64,000 nt of DNA from a virus (taxonomy: Duplodnaviria > Caudoviricetes). A model generated the notes under the pieces. The model made no database searches. It was given only the letters and a program-made list of their open reading frames with translations, and had not been told where the DNA came from. The stretch is from the IMG/VR virus record IMGVR_UViG_3300028372_000005, positions 359-64,358 of that record; one strand, written 5' to 3'. The translations under genes and the position numbers were made by a program. This document shows positions 9,547-21,130 of the stretch, in pieces. How positions within the stretch are numbered: position 1 is the stretch's first letter; each line of letters starts with the position of its first letter.

Positions 9547-12123
9547 TCAGAACACCACATCTCCTGCGTAATCAAGGTTGGTCAGAGAAACTTTTTCTCC
9601 CGGTTGGTCAACATTCCACCACAATCCTCGGTCGTCTCTGAATTTTCCTTTCTTCCATTTGATTTTCACGAATGGCTGAACGGATATTTTTTTCCAGTGG
9701 TTCCAGAACGCCTTTCCAGATCGAAGGTCTTTTCCTTTTGTGGCCCACAGGTCTCCAACGGTTTGTTTGAGGGTATCGATCGGGATATGCACCTTGTCCG
9801 TCTCAGGATCCAAGCCACGAGCACTGATGAGCTCACAGATGGCGTCGTAGGTTCGGTGGGCGTCCTTAGCCTCCTCGTCCACGTCACCCTTCCTGGAGGC
9901 GATGAGGCTCATGAGTTCATCGGCGTTCTCGAACTTGGTCATGATGTCTTCGTCCCAGGCGGGAAATCTCGAGTTTTTATCGATCGAAGATTTCGGCTCT
10001 TCGAGAAATCTTGCCTTGATGTCTGCGATGATTTGCTCGTGGTGTCGGACCAAAAAGACGCTGAACCATTTCTTGAAGTCGAAGTCGTGCTTCTTGGGTC
10101 CGATCTTGATGACGACAGATCTCGAGGCCAAATCAGTCGACAGCTCGGGGGTGTTCGCCGACATGAACCAGGTGAAGTAGTTCGGGATGGTCGCGTCGCC
10201 CTCATACATTCTCTTGCCTGAGATTTCGTCGCGAGTGATGGCTGCTTCCAGTCCGCCGCGGTCGAGCATTTTTTTCATGTTGTCGATGAAGAGCACACGT
10301 TTTTTCATCGAGCCCGGAGTCAGCAGTCGTTGGGTGACCTGATTCCACTCCTCGTCCTCCTGCACCTGAATCGAGCCGTCGTAAATCTTGGCGATGGCTT
10401 CGATGGTCGTCGACTTGCCGACGCCTCGGCCGTGGTCGGTCGTAAGCACGAAAGCTGGGCGCTGGCCGGGCGGGCCTCCCCAGAAGGGGGTGAGCACCGC
10501 CGATTCGAGGAGTTGGCGGTCGAGCTCGGTCTCGGGGTTGAGCTTGGAGATGAACTCTTCGAGATACCGCCCATCTCCTGGCTCGACGTCGGCCGTGTAG
10601 ATGGTGTTCGGCAGTGGCGGGTGGTGGGGGATGGTCTTGTAGCTCGTGTAATTGTGCTTGGATTGGTCTTTCAGCGCGCTCAAGAGTTCGCCGAAGTTGG
10701 CGGCGCGGGTTTTCTCTCCGTCCAGCCAGACCTGGGAGTCGGACCAGACGACGTTGGTGGTCAGCTGGAGCCAGGAGCTCAGGTCAGTAGAGTTTTCGAT
10801 GAAGTTGATGGCCTTGTCTGGTGCGGCGACATCTCCCCAGTGCGGGCCCTGCGCGGCCAGGTAGGGTCCGATCATACGCGGCCATTCGTCGACGAGGTTG
10901 TGGATGGTGTCAATGATCTCGCGCATCTGCACTTTGTGCTTGGAGGTCTTCGTTTTTCCCTCCTCGGTCGTTCTGCTGACTGTGTAGTAGTTTCGAACTT
11001 TGCTGTCGTCGTACCACTGGCGGGTGACCGCGAGGCTGGTCTCGGGCTCAAACTCGAAGATGTCTCGCGGGTGGACGCCGGGACGACCAAGGAACTTCTT
11101 GACGTTAAACGACGCCTCTTCGAGGAAGTCGGCGATGTCCTTGCCGTTGTTTTCCGGCAGTAGGTCGATGTTCGGGTTCGACTCGGGCCACAGCACCCGG
11201 ATGTCGTTGTGCGGCATATTGAGTGCGAGCTGGTGGGCTTTTTTTGCGCCCGGCTCGTCCATGTCCGGCACGATGATGACCTGCTTGTCGTGCAGGCAGT
11301 ACAGGTCGGTGACCCCGGCGCCGCCCTGCAGGTAGGTGGTGACGATGGCCTCGTACTTCGACTCGTCCTCGCCGGCAAAAAAGGCGTCGCCCTTGCATTT
11401 GTTGAGCGCTTTTTGGAGGGCGTGCATGCATTTTTCACCCTCGACGATGTAGACCGTCTGCTGGCCTGCGGCCGCCAGCTCGCTCAGCTTGTACAGCGGG
11501 CGCCTGTGGTTTCTGGTGATCCCCATCCCCGTCTGCCACTCGGTGCCGTCGAAGTGCATCGGGCGCACGAACTTGCCGTCGGGCAGATCCCACCGGGCCG
11601 TGGCGAAGCCGTGGAGCTTGCCGTTGTACTCGCAGGCGACCGTGTCGATGGAGGTGGCCTGGTCGAAAAATAAGGCCTCCCACCCACCCTTGTCGCGCTT
11701 TCGCATCATGCCCTGGACCTGCCGACCGTTGTACTCGATCCACTCGACGGGAGGCAGGGTCTTCTCGGTGGTCTGGGGGCGGATGACCTCGACCGGCTCG
11801 GGGCGCTTTTGGGGCACATGGGTCGAGTACCCAGTACTCTCGCCCGATCCATACTTTGCCTTGAGCTCCCCGATTGCGTCCTCGACACTCAAGCCTCGCT
11901 CGACCATCCACAGGTCGATGATGGTACCGGTGGCGTCCTCGTCGGGGATGCCGGCCGGGTTGTGGCACTTGTACCGGATGACACCGTCGGCGTCGGTCCA
12001 GATCGACAGGTGGTCGCTGCCTGCGTGCATAGGGCACGGGTTGTTGCGCGAGTTGTGGGTATGGTAGCCGAGATCCTCGAAGGGAGCCTGGAGCGTCTTG
12101 ATAGTGTCAAGTTCGTCATGCAT
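9547..12123 (-). CDS. primase-helicase (Zn-binding domain + TOPRIM + P-loop helicase)
   Basis: Likely start MHDELDT (the ORF-track extension to 12912 overlaps an opposite-strand gene); CPMH..YKCH, YIVEGEKC, PDMDEPG, GRGVGKST, LFIDN. Confidence 0.85.
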   Translation of the reverse strand: MHDELDTIKTLQAPFEDLGYHTHNSRNNPCPMHAGSDHLSIWTDADGVIRYKCHNPAGIPDEDATGTIIDLWMVERGLSVEDAIGELKAKYGSGESTGYSTHVPQKRPEPVEVIRPQTTEKTLPPVEWIEYNGRQVQGMMRKRDKGGWEALFFDQATSIDTVACEYNGKLHGFATARWDLPDGKFVRPMHFDGTEWQTGMGITRNHRRPLYKLSELAAAGQQTVYIVEGEKCMHALQKALNKCKGDAFFAGEDESKYEAIVTTYLQGGAGVTDLYCLHDKQVIIVPDMDEPGAKKAHQLALNMPHNDIRVLWPESNPNIDLLPENNGKDIADFLEEASFNVKKFLGRPGVHPRDIFEFEPETSLAVTRQWYDDSKVRNYYTVSRTTEEGKTKTSKHKVQMREIIDTIHNLVDEWPRMIGPYLAAQGPHWGDVAAPDKAINFIENSTDLSSWLQLTTNVVWSDSQVWLDGEKTRAANFGELLSALKDQSKHNYTSYKTIPHHPPLPNTIYTADVEPGDGRYLEEFISKLNPETELDRQLLESAVLTPFWGGPPGQRPAFVLTTDHGRGVGKSTTIEAIAKIYDGSIQVQEDEEWNQVTQRLLTPGSMKKRVLFIDNMKKMLDRGGLEAAITRDEISGKRMYEGDATIPNYFTWFMSANTPELSTDLASRSVVIKIGPKKHDFDFKKWFSVFLVRHHEQIIADIKARFLEEPKSSIDKNSRFPAWDEDIMTKFENADELMSLIASRKGDVDEEAKDAHRTYDAICELISARGLDPETDKVHIPIDTLKQTVGDLWATKGKDLRSGKAFWNHWKKISVQPFVKIKWKKGKFRDDRGLWWNVDQPGEKVSLTNLDYAGDVVF

Positions 12124-12199
12124 TGGCAGGATGTTGGCCTTATGGGGGATGGGGAATGGTCGCGTTTGTAGCACCTCGAAATGCGCCGAGTCAATGATG

Positions 12200-12440
12200 G
12201 TATCATCTATGAGGCGTGCAAAAAAAACACTTGACGTCCGGCACGCACATACACTACATAAAGGAAGGTCCCAACATAAGCGTAGTGTAAAAGCGATGTT
12301 TTTCGCATTGTGGGAGTTCGAGAAAATTTTGTTTTGATGTGGGTTTAGAGGTATGTGCTCGCCCCCCCTTCCAGACTCACGATCAAAATCCACGATTAAA
12401 GCGGTTAGTTGACCGAAAAAATGATACTTGAAAAATTTTC
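12200..12440. promoter_or_regulatory. AT-rich divergent intergenic region between the primase and the rightward early genes
   Basis: AT-rich spacer with TTGACG (12231) and TTGACC (12409) -35-like hexamers; -10 boxes weak. Confidence 0.4.
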
Positions 12441-12960
12441 TGACACTGTGGCCGCACTCACCCCATTTTTTGTGGGCGCCTCGTTCCGTGAGGAAGTCCT
12501 CTACCACCACAAAGAGGTGAAATATCACCAGGTGGCCTGGATGAAGGCTCACGAGGAAATGAAAAAATTCGTCAGCGACGACCCCGATGTCGATCTGATT
12601 CCGGCCAATCTCACCCAGCGCATCGTCACCCCGTGCACCTTCCTGGCGATCCACAGCGTCGCCGTCGCGCGCATGCTGGGCGTGCAGATCCGTTGGCGAG
12701 ACGACGACGAACCGGTGGTGGGCAACGCCATGCAGTTCGACAAGATTCTGATCGACCACCTGTTCAGTGGCGCCCCACTCGATGTCGACGAATACGGCGA
12801 GTACCTGTCGGGATACATCCAGATGGCCCGCCGCGCCGAGGACATGGTCAACCACTCGATCGATTTCTGGCACAACTTGTGCCAAGAGCAGGTGATTTTG
12901 ACCTGCGTGCACGGCGTCGACCCCGAGATTTTGGCCGGCGTGGACGGGGAGGCGAATTGA
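12409..12960 (+). CDS. hypothetical protein (start uncertain, possibly 12421)
   Basis: ORF with phage-like codon bias in its 3' part. Confidence 0.6.
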   Translation: MTEKMILEKFSDTVAALTPFFVGASFREEVLYHHKEVKYHQVAWMKAHEEMKKFVSDDPDVDLIPANLTQRIVTPCTFLAIHSVAVARMLGVQIRWRDDDEPVVGNAMQFDKILIDHLFSGAPLDVDEYGEYLSGYIQMARRAEDMVNHSIDFWHNLCQEQVILTCVHGVDPEILAGVDGEAN

Positions 12961-13931
12961 GCATCCTGAGACAGATGGTCGGGAGCATCAAAGAGGCGAT
13001 TGACCGACACTGACACGCTCGATGCGATGGTCGAGTCGGGGTTACTCGAGAGCTGGTCGCGCGACCCGTATGACGGCGGGCCCCGTGGCGCGAGACTCAC
13101 CGAGCTCGGCGATCTGGTCTTAGAATACCTGGAGTCCCGGTGAGCTTTCTGTCACCAGACATAAACTGGATCGACGAGGAGTCGACGACCCGCCGCCTCA
13201 CCGAGGAAATCCTCGACCAGATCGGCCCGCCGGTCTCGCTTGTCGAGGTGGTGCGGCGTCACCTTTATGCCCATGCCGAGAGATACCTGCGCGAACACGC
13301 CGACGACCTCGAGGCGCCGGTGCGAATCTGGCGTGTGCACGATGGTCAGACCATGAAGATCCAGGTCGGCGGTGAGATACCCAAAGGCGAGTTCATCAGC
13401 TGCGACGTCATCGACCACGACGGCTTAGAAAAACTCAAGCAAATAGCGAGGCAGTATTGAAACTCATCACCAAAACCCAGTGGGTCGGCCACGACGCCGA
13501 CGACACCGAGATCGAACAGCCGGACACGGACGACGACACGATCATCCGTATGGCCCACATCGACACCGAGATTCACGACGAAGGCGTGCGCGTGGTGACC
13601 GTATGGTATGCCTATCCGGCGATCAAGACTCCATCGAATACGGCATTCGCCAGGCCTCTCGGGGAGCCGTCATGAGCTACAAATTCGAAACCTACAAGGG
13701 TTGGGAGATTGTCTGGGTGGCCGGTGACCGATGCTACGCCGAAAATATCCACGGCGATGTGATCAATCACGACGTGGTCAGGGCCAAGTTCGATTGGGCC
13801 CGCAGAAAGATATGCGAGCGCATCGACGAGGAGGGCCAGATGGAGCCCGTCGACCTGCACGAAGAGATCCTGACTCTCAGAGATGAAAATAAAAAACTTG
13901 AATCCAAATTGGATGTAATGCGAGGATTGTT

Positions 13932-16268
13932 ATGAATGACGCACAAAAAGCATTCGCCGAGGCGATGATCGACCAGAAGGCCGCGCCCGTCGTACGCCAC
14001 ACGATCCGTTCGATGACCGCTTCATTTGGCTCGCTGCACGACGCGGCCGACACACTCAGTCGTATCGGGTACGACGGCAACTTCGGCTACCAGCGGACGC
14101 AAGAGCCGATGGGGCACAAGATCGCCGTCAAAAACAAGGATATCGATGCGTGGTGCGCCCAGCAAAGCCTCGACGAGTCCATGGAGGCGGCCGGTCAGCA
14201 ACGACGCGACGCCGCCGAACAGGGCGAGGAGCTCAAAGCCCAGGGCCGGGCACTGCATCACATCGAGACCCTGCTCACCGAGCATCCGCTGTGCAACCGC
14301 CACGGCCGCCCGATGGACGAGATCGGCGCACGTCCGCACCTGGTGCTCGAGGAGGTGCTCGACGAGATTTATGAAAAAAACCATCGCTGCATGTCGGAGG
14401 AGGCGCACACCAAGCTGCTCGAGATTGGCCTCGACGCCATCGGGGATGAGTCGCGTGGGATGAGTGTGAACGGTCTGGTCGACCTGTTGGTGAGGGCCGT
14501 CGAAGGCATCGAGCAAGTCAGCACCGCCGAGTCCAATGAGAACGCCGTCGAGATGTATAAGATCCGCGACATCCTCGACCCGAAGGCCGAATTCAAGGAC
14601 GGGTCGCTCGAGGCTCTCGCGAAGCACGTCATGAGCAAGCTCAAGCAGTCCTGCAAAAACATGAACAGGGTTATCGGCACGCTCAATGGCCACAGCATTC
14701 GCACCACCATCAACGATGTGGTCGCCAACGTCGACACGATCGATCCGGTCGACGGTGTCGAGTCGATACTCGACGACCTCGAAAAAAGCTTCGACTTCCA
14801 CGAGCGCGATGCCAAATATTGGCAGACATTGGTCGCCACCATGCGAAATGTGCCGTTCTGGGGCGAGAAGATCGACGAGAACCCGACCGCGACGGATGTG
14901 ATGCGTGTGTTTGACAACGTGCGTGAAAAGCTCGACGTGCTCACCGACGGCGCCGCGAAATGGGCCGATCTGATGTGCGCGCTGGACGGGGTCGAGTTGT
15001 GGTCACGTGACACCACGGTCGATGCCGTGATGGATACCTTTGAGGCGCTCGCCGGTCAGGCCAGTGCGTCGTCGGAGGTCGCCACCAAAATCCAAGACAT
15101 CGCCACCACCAACCTGTTGTGCGATGACTCTCACAGCACCGACTTCTACCTCAGCCGCATCGCCGATTCGCTTCAAGAAGCGGCCTGGGAGCGAAGCGAG
15201 CTCACCCACAAGGGCCTCGAGCATGCCAAATTCGGCAGTCACGCCGAGATCGTCGGCGGGATGCGCGATGAATTCTTAAATCTGGACAATTTCGACAAGT
15301 GGTGCCAGGAAATCCTCGGCGAGGCGTACAGCTCCAAATACAACCCACCCCATGACGAGCTGCGACGCGTCGGCCAGAAGATCGTCCAACAGCTCCAGTT
15401 CGCCCAGGACTTCAAGGCCAACGCCGCGATGCTGCTGCGGGATGCCAAAAACCCGCTGCACGAAGCCTGGCAGACCGCGGCGAAGGGTCTGAGCACCCAG
15501 ACCGAGGCCGCCCAGACCTACCGCCGGATGTACTCGGAGCTTCGAGACGCCCTGATGGAGAAATTCCCGGTGTCGGTCGACCGCGAGCTCACCGAGCCGG
15601 TCACGATGGGCGAACTCAATGAGCTCAAGGGCCAGATTTTGAGCCTGCCACCGCTGGACGTCGACGATGCGCTGGTCGATAGGCTTCAAAGGACGATCAC
15701 CCGGCTTCGGAGAGCCCACGACGCCGGCCGCGTCGACAACCTGAAGCTCCAGGACGAACTCGAAGCCTGCCGTCTCGAGCTTCAGGCCCTCGACGGCGCC
15801 GAGCAGGCCTACCGAACACACTACGTCGAGCTAATCAATCAGCTCATGGAGATCGACGAGGTGCTCGCCGATAAAATCGATCGCGACGAGCACCCGGCAG
15901 CGAGCGACAATGAGCATCATGTGGTGCTCGGCCACCTCAAAGGCGCCAACGGGCTGTCGACCTTCGGCGGCTGGGATCCGAGCACCCGCCAGCGTTGGCG
16001 AGATGGCGCATCGGCCGAAGGGATCTTCGTCGAGTCCGAGCATCATGTGGTGCTCGGCCACCTCAAAGAGGTCAATCTCTGGTGCTTCCAGCGAGGCATC
16101 GAGGACTGGGTCAGCTTCTACCACAACGGCAAGCAGGTCGACCTGTATTTCCAAGAGGAATTCTTAGGGTGCTACAACACCCTGAGCCGAACCTTCAAGG
16201 TCACCGACGACCCGTCGGTCACCGACGACACCGCCAAGGAACTGATCGCATTCCTCGAGGACCTATGA
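13932..16268 (+). CDS. large acidic helical/coiled-coil hypothetical protein
   Basis: 778-aa ORF, GAGGA RBS, translationally coupled; internal EHHVVLGHLK duplication. Confidence 0.75.
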   Translation: MNDAQKAFAEAMIDQKAAPVVRHTIRSMTASFGSLHDAADTLSRIGYDGNFGYQRTQEPMGHKIAVKNKDIDAWCAQQSLDESMEAAGQQRRDAAEQGEELKAQGRALHHIETLLTEHPLCNRHGRPMDEIGARPHLVLEEVLDEIYEKNHRCMSEEAHTKLLEIGLDAIGDESRGMSVNGLVDLLVRAVEGIEQVSTAESNENAVEMYKIRDILDPKAEFKDGSLEALAKHVMSKLKQSCKNMNRVIGTLNGHSIRTTINDVVANVDTIDPVDGVESILDDLEKSFDFHERDAKYWQTLVATMRNVPFWGEKIDENPTATDVMRVFDNVREKLDVLTDGAAKWADLMCALDGVELWSRDTTVDAVMDTFEALAGQASASSEVATKIQDIATTNLLCDDSHSTDFYLSRIADSLQEAAWERSELTHKGLEHAKFGSHAEIVGGMRDEFLNLDNFDKWCQEILGEAYSSKYNPPHDELRRVGQKIVQQLQFAQDFKANAAMLLRDAKNPLHEAWQTAAKGLSTQTEAAQTYRRMYSELRDALMEKFPVSVDRELTEPVTMGELNELKGQILSLPPLDVDDALVDRLQRTITRLRRAHDAGRVDNLKLQDELEACRLELQALDGAEQAYRTHYVELINQLMEIDEVLADKIDRDEHPAASDNEHHVVLGHLKGANGLSTFGGWDPSTRQRWRDGASAEGIFVESEHHVVLGHLKEVNLWCFQRGIEDWVSFYHNGKQVDLYFQEEFLGCYNTLSRTFKVTDDPSVTDDTAKELIAFLEDL
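15912..16068 (+). repeat. 31-bp perfect direct repeat (15912-15942, 16038-16068)
   Basis: GAGCATCATGTGGTGCTCGGCCACCTCAAAG twice, 126 bp apart. Confidence 0.9.
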
Positions 16269-16636
16269 AAAACGCCACCCACTGGATCGACAAGCTAGAA
16301 GCCAACGGGTGGACACCGACTCGCATCGCCAAAGCCTGCGGCGCCTACGTCCACGAGATCGAACGGCGCCGCAGGCGGGGCACGACCATCCCGCTCAAGT
16401 ACATCCGTCAGCTCGAGGCATGCACAAAGTGCGAGCGCGTCTGGTACGTCGCCTACATGATCTTGCCCGGCCGTTGGCTGGTCGACAGCCTGCATTTTGA
16501 CAAGGCTGCGGCCGCCCGGGCGTGCGGCGCACTCAAGGACGACGAGCTGCCGGCGAGCGTCATCGAGACTGCACCCGCGCCCTGGTTCGCCGGCCAGAGC
16601 ATTCAGGAACACGATATTGAGAGGAATGAACTATGA
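16265..16636 (+). CDS. hypothetical protein, possible N-terminal HTH
   Basis: MKNATHWIDKLEANGWTPTRIAKACG; ATG overlaps the upstream stop. Confidence 0.5.
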   Translation: MKNATHWIDKLEANGWTPTRIAKACGAYVHEIERRRRRGTTIPLKYIRQLEACTKCERVWYVAYMILPGRWLVDSLHFDKAAAARACGALKDDELPASVIETAPAPWFAGQSIQEHDIERNEL

Positions 16637-17061
16637 TGATGCTCGACAACAGATTGGTTTGCTGCCCGAGATGTGGGCAAGACGATTTCTTTGAGGAGGA
16701 GAGGTGGGACGTGCGGGGCCTTCATCGCCACGACGATGGAAAAACCCACTGCACGAGAAAAAAACTGCTCGGGTCGCGGTATGTTTGCAGGGTGTGCGGC
16801 CACACATCCGAACTCAAGGATTTGATGAATCCGGCAACCTTCCTGTCCAAGGAGGATATTCTTTACTGGATGCGCGAGCACGGCTGGTCGTGGGGCGGCC
16901 CCATGAATAAAGGCGCCGTCTACCTCCACGGGGATTGGCGCGAAACGGTGCAGATAGAAAAAGCCGACGCCAACCAGACTGTTCGCAATCTCGCCAAGGT
17001 CCTCGGCCGGCGGGTCGACGATCTGGTCGAAGAAATCAAGGAGCACAGCCGTGGATCATAA
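16633..17061 (+). CDS. Zn-ribbon hypothetical protein
   Basis: CPRCG and CRVCG motifs. Confidence 0.55.
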   Translation: MMMLDNRLVCCPRCGQDDFFEEERWDVRGLHRHDDGKTHCTRKKLLGSRYVCRVCGHTSELKDLMNPATFLSKEDILYWMREHGWSWGGPMNKGAVYLHGDWRETVQIEKADANQTVRNLAKVLGRRVDDLVEEIKEHSRGS

Positions 17062-17614
17062 CTACTTGTTCATCACCCCCGACGGCGACATCATCCAGGT
17101 TCCCCGGCCGCTGCAGAAGCTCTACGCCATGATGTGTGGCTGCGGCGACCCGGCCAGTGTGTGGCGGCTCATCAAAGAGTATGTGTTCAATCCACACGAA
17201 TTCAGCACCCGCGAGTCGGCCTACCATCTGGCGTTTGCCTACATGCTCAATTACGCAGATCTGACCGAGCACGGCACATCCATCAATGGCGCCTGGGTCC
17301 GCCACGCCATCGCGGACGACGTGAAAGCATTCCTGGAGGAATTCTCGGCCGAGGAGCTCGCGATGCACGCCACCATGAACGACAGCTGGGGCCGCGGCTG
17401 GCTCGAGGAGGTCAACAGGGGGATTTTTGAGTAATCTGTGGATGCCTCCCTTTATCTTCTACATCATCTCGCTGGTCATGCTGGCCGGTGCGATGATCGA
17501 TGCTCGCACCACCGTGCTCGAGAAGTACGTCATCCGGGCGCGCATCCGCGTCGAGAAGGCTGCGCTTCTGAGTCTTTTGTTATCTTCGCTGACCATTTTT
17601 TTGCTGGTGATCCG

Positions 17615-17851
17615 ATGAGCTGGATATCCGTAAATGACAAATTGCCTGGCGGGCGTGAGAATGTGCTCGTAGCCTATCAATACGGCGGCGGGGCCGAACC
17701 AAGGGTCGGCCACATTAGTAGTGAGCCGATGATCGGGAACCGTCGAAAAACGTTCTGGTATATTCGCGGCGCCGTCGATGGCATGTGGGCTCGCAAAGAG
17801 CTCGATAAGATCTCTCACTGGATGCCCATCCCGGAGATGCCCGATGAGTAA
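17615..17851 (+). CDS. DUF551-like phage protein
   Basis: MSWISVNDKLP...VLV...ISHWMPIPEMP signature. Confidence 0.75.
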   Translation: MSWISVNDKLPGGRENVLVAYQYGGGAEPRVGHISSEPMIGNRRKTFWYIRGAVDGMWARKELDKISHWMPIPEMPDE

Positions 17852-18637
17852 TGAAACCGAAGTGATGTGTAAGGAATGGACCTACAGGAGATTAACGATG
17901 GCAGATTTCACGTTCAACCACGACCCTGAGAAGGGCCCGTCCGTAGCTTTTTCAGCAACCCTTGTAGGGGTGATGACACAATGAACCTCAAAGAATGGAT
18001 GCACCAGGCCACGCTCGGCGACATCGCCGACTGGCTCGACGGTACGGCGTGGGACGTCGAGCGCAAAGAGGAGTGGGTGGGCATCATGGCGCCTGGCTAC
18101 ATCCGCAATCTCTTGCACGGCCATCCTGCCAGAAAGCTCGGCGAGGCCGAGCTGTCAGGTATTTTTCGCTGCGCGAACCTCACCACACTGCTCGAGGCGG
18201 CCGCCGAGACACTGGGGTGCCCGACGCATCAAAATAAGCCGCGCCAAGGAGCTCTAATTGCCTATTCTTCCATTGACAGGCGGCGCCCGGCCGTCCTATT
18301 CATGACCCATCGCGTTATTTTATTGGCTCTGAGATCATTCTTGAAATGATTTCCACCATGGACACAATATGAGTAAAGCGAAAAAATACACGTATCTCAG
18401 ACTGTCTGGAAAGGGCTCTCGTGAGTCAGCCATAGAGGCTGGTTTTAATACCGGCTGCCCCGGAGGTCATGCTCTTGAGCTCTATGAGGCCGCCTTGTCG
18501 GTTCAAGACAAGACACTCGACGAACTCTTGGAGAGCGCACGAGAAGCTGAAGCTGAATTGAAAGAACAGCAACAAAAGACAAACGACCTGAGGCGCAAAG
18601 TGAGAGCGCGTCGAATTGTTCAGAAAGTGGAGTCAGA

Positions 18638-19123
18638 ATGAATATTTCAGACATTAAAGAAACCATCCAAAAGGTGCGCGACAACGTCGCCGCGGCCGAC
18701 GAGGACACCAAGATTCTGAACTGGCACTCCCAGCGCGACTGGGACGGCTTCGGCGAGGACATCTATGCGGTGTACAGCGCCGACAAGGAGACCAACCGCA
18801 ACAAGGTCGTCGGAGGCTTGAAGTCCAAGCCCACCGCCCAGCTCATCGAGCAGGCCGGCCGCATGGGCGTGAAGCTGTGCGACATGCTCGATGAATCTCT
18901 GGAAGCCTTCCAAGATCTTCGAGCCGTCGTGAAGCGCACCAAGGCGCTCGCCGAGGACGGCAACATCGGCGGCATTCAGGACCTGCTCGGAGTGCAGGGG
19001 CCGTCGCCGACGCTCGACTTCCATGAGCGGTTGCTCGAGATCTTCAACTACACCGAGAACGAGAAGGCGCTCGAGTCGCTCGATGTGCTCATCAAGGCCA
19101 CCGAGGTGCCGGATGAATCTTAA
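18638..19123 (+). CDS. hypothetical protein
   Basis: 161-aa coupled ORF with phage-like codon usage. Confidence 0.6.
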   Translation: MNISDIKETIQKVRDNVAAADEDTKILNWHSQRDWDGFGEDIYAVYSADKETNRNKVVGGLKSKPTAQLIEQAGRMGVKLCDMLDESLEAFQDLRAVVKRTKALAEDGNIGGIQDLLGVQGPSPTLDFHERLLEIFNYTENEKALESLDVLIKATEVPDES

Positions 19124-19580
19124 AAACGTAACCATGACCATCGAAAACGAATACTTCTCGGGCGTGCTCGAGATCGACTATGCAGACCTTGAGATCTCTC
19201 GCAACCACGGCATCGCGAACAACGCCGGCGAGATGCTCACCAAGATGACATGCCAGGCGACCATCGACAGCTTCGAGGTCGTTCAAACCAACGCACTTAC
19301 TGGAGAGGGAGTCGCCGATGGCCAATGAAGTAACCATTGACGGCGTGCGCTACGTGCCCGCCCCCGACGAACACGAGAGCATCCTCGACAGGGTAGAGCT
19401 CGCCGTCCAGCGCGAGCTCGTCAGCTTGTTCTGGGGTGAGGTCAACACCCCCAAAGAACTCGAGGAGATTCTCGCCGACAACAAAATCCGGGTCAACATC
19501 ACCGACGCCCCCGAGCTGCACAACATCCACAATCCGACCATCGAGACGGTGGCAAGAGCGGTGATGGGGAGGATTCAAGG

Positions 19581-20090
19581 ATGAAAAAGGCTCTCTTTTT
19601 GGACCTCGACGGCACCATTCGTTATTCGAAGAATGGTGAGTTCATCAATTCGCCGAATGATATCGCCATCTTCGATGACGTCGCCGACAAGCTCAAGCAA
19701 TATGATGACCACCTACTGCTCGGGGTCACCAATCAGGGCGGGGTGGCCTACGGATACAAGACGTGCGAGGGGGTTGAAGAGGAGGTCGATGTGACCTTCC
19801 ATCTCTTGAGAGATCAAGGGGTTGAGCTCGACCACGTTGTCTACGCGCCATTCCACCCCGACGCGGACCACGAAGTTTTCGGGGTGCGCTCGTTTTCGAG
19901 AAAGCCCGACATCGGCATGCTTGTGCTGGCGTGCAACTGGGTGATGCAATCAAAGGGAGTTATCGTCGACCTCGACCACTCCCTGATGGTCGGCGATCGC
20001 CCCGAAGACCAGGAATGTGCCCGACGGGCTGGGGTTGACTTCATGTGGGCGCACGAATTTTTCAATAGAGAGGCCCCCGATGAAGCGTAG
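19581..20090 (+). CDS. HAD-IIIA family phosphatase (GmhB/polynucleotide 3'-phosphatase-like)
   Basis: FLDLDGT, VTNQGG, RKPDIGM, MVGDRPED motifs. Confidence 0.88.
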   Translation: MKKALFLDLDGTIRYSKNGEFINSPNDIAIFDDVADKLKQYDDHLLLGVTNQGGVAYGYKTCEGVEEEVDVTFHLLRDQGVELDHVVYAPFHPDADHEVFGVRSFSRKPDIGMLVLACNWVMQSKGVIVDLDHSLMVGDRPEDQECARRAGVDFMWAHEFFNREAPDEA

Positions 20091-20538
20091 CGCCACCACC
20101 AAAACACTCGATCTCGTACGCGACCTCGCGGATGTGGAGCATCTCATCCAGTCGATCTTGTCGACTGAGATGAGTCGCATCGCCCCCTACCAAGAGGATT
20201 GGTGGGAGCGGCGGGCGAATGCCGTCCTCGAGCAGTTGGGCGAGATTCGGCGCAAAGCCGACCAGATCAAGTTCGACGCCCTCGACCGCGGCCCCTACCA
20301 GGACGTCATCGATATTGAGATTGATGGCCGCGACCGATTCAGCATCGCCTGCTGTGAGCGCCCCTGGCTCGGACCCGATGGGATGGCGGGTGGATACTTT
20401 GAAGTCGAGCTCAACCCGTCGAATATCCCCACTCATGCATGCTGCGAGGTGTGCGGTCAGCGATATATCCTCAAGCAAGGTGTGTGATGAATCTTTCGCA
20501 AGCCCTCGAGGGTGATCATCGCTACCGAAGGAGAGCGC

Positions 20539-21081
20539 ATGATTGACCTCCAACCCCTACTCGACGAACACGACATCGAGATTCGCTCGAAAGCCGACGG
20601 CCCGAAGGACATCTGGTGGCACCGGCTCGCATTCTGGGTCGGCCGCAAGTTCACGGACGGGTTCGACACCCGGTTTGCCACGGCGCTTGGCCGGACGGTG
20701 TATTTGCCCAAAAACATCGATCCAGACAGCACACGAGCTTACGCCCTTTTGCGCCACGAAGTCGTCCACGTCCTGCAGTGGCTCAAATGGGGCTGGTGGT
20801 ACAACCTGAGCCATGCGCTCATCTTTCCGATGTTTGTGACGATGCGCGCCTGGTGGGAGTTTGGCGGCTACACCCAGAATGCCCTTCTTGAGCACGAGCG
20901 CTGGGGCGACTCCCCCAGGTGGGCCATCAAGCGCGCCAAATTCGTCGACTGGATGGTCGACGTCTTCTGCACCAAGACCTACGGTTGGATGCTCCCCAGC
21001 GAGACGCTGGTGCGCCATTTGTGGAACAAACGCCTCGACGCCATCGAGCAGGGCGATATCGAAGGTTTTTCCTACCTGTAA
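20539..21081 (+). CDS. putative Zn metallopeptidase (HExxH)
   Basis: TALGRTVY...LLRHEVVHVLQW...E..GY; AAGGAG RBS. Confidence 0.6.
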   Translation: MIDLQPLLDEHDIEIRSKADGPKDIWWHRLAFWVGRKFTDGFDTRFATALGRTVYLPKNIDPDSTRAYALLRHEVVHVLQWLKWGWWYNLSHALIFPMFVTMRAWWEFGGYTQNALLEHERWGDSPRWAIKRAKFVDWMVDVFCTKTYGWMLPSETLVRHLWNKRLDAIEQGDIEGFSYL

Positions 21082-21130
21082 AATATGCTAGCCTGCCGGC
21101 GAATTCCTATTTTCCAACGTGACAAGGACC

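Noticed and set aside
12124-12912. N-terminal 260 aa of the 1121-aa minus-strand ORF
   Set aside because: It overlaps the plus-strand gene 12409..12960 and an AT-rich intergenic region; primase motifs begin only after MHDELDT at 12123
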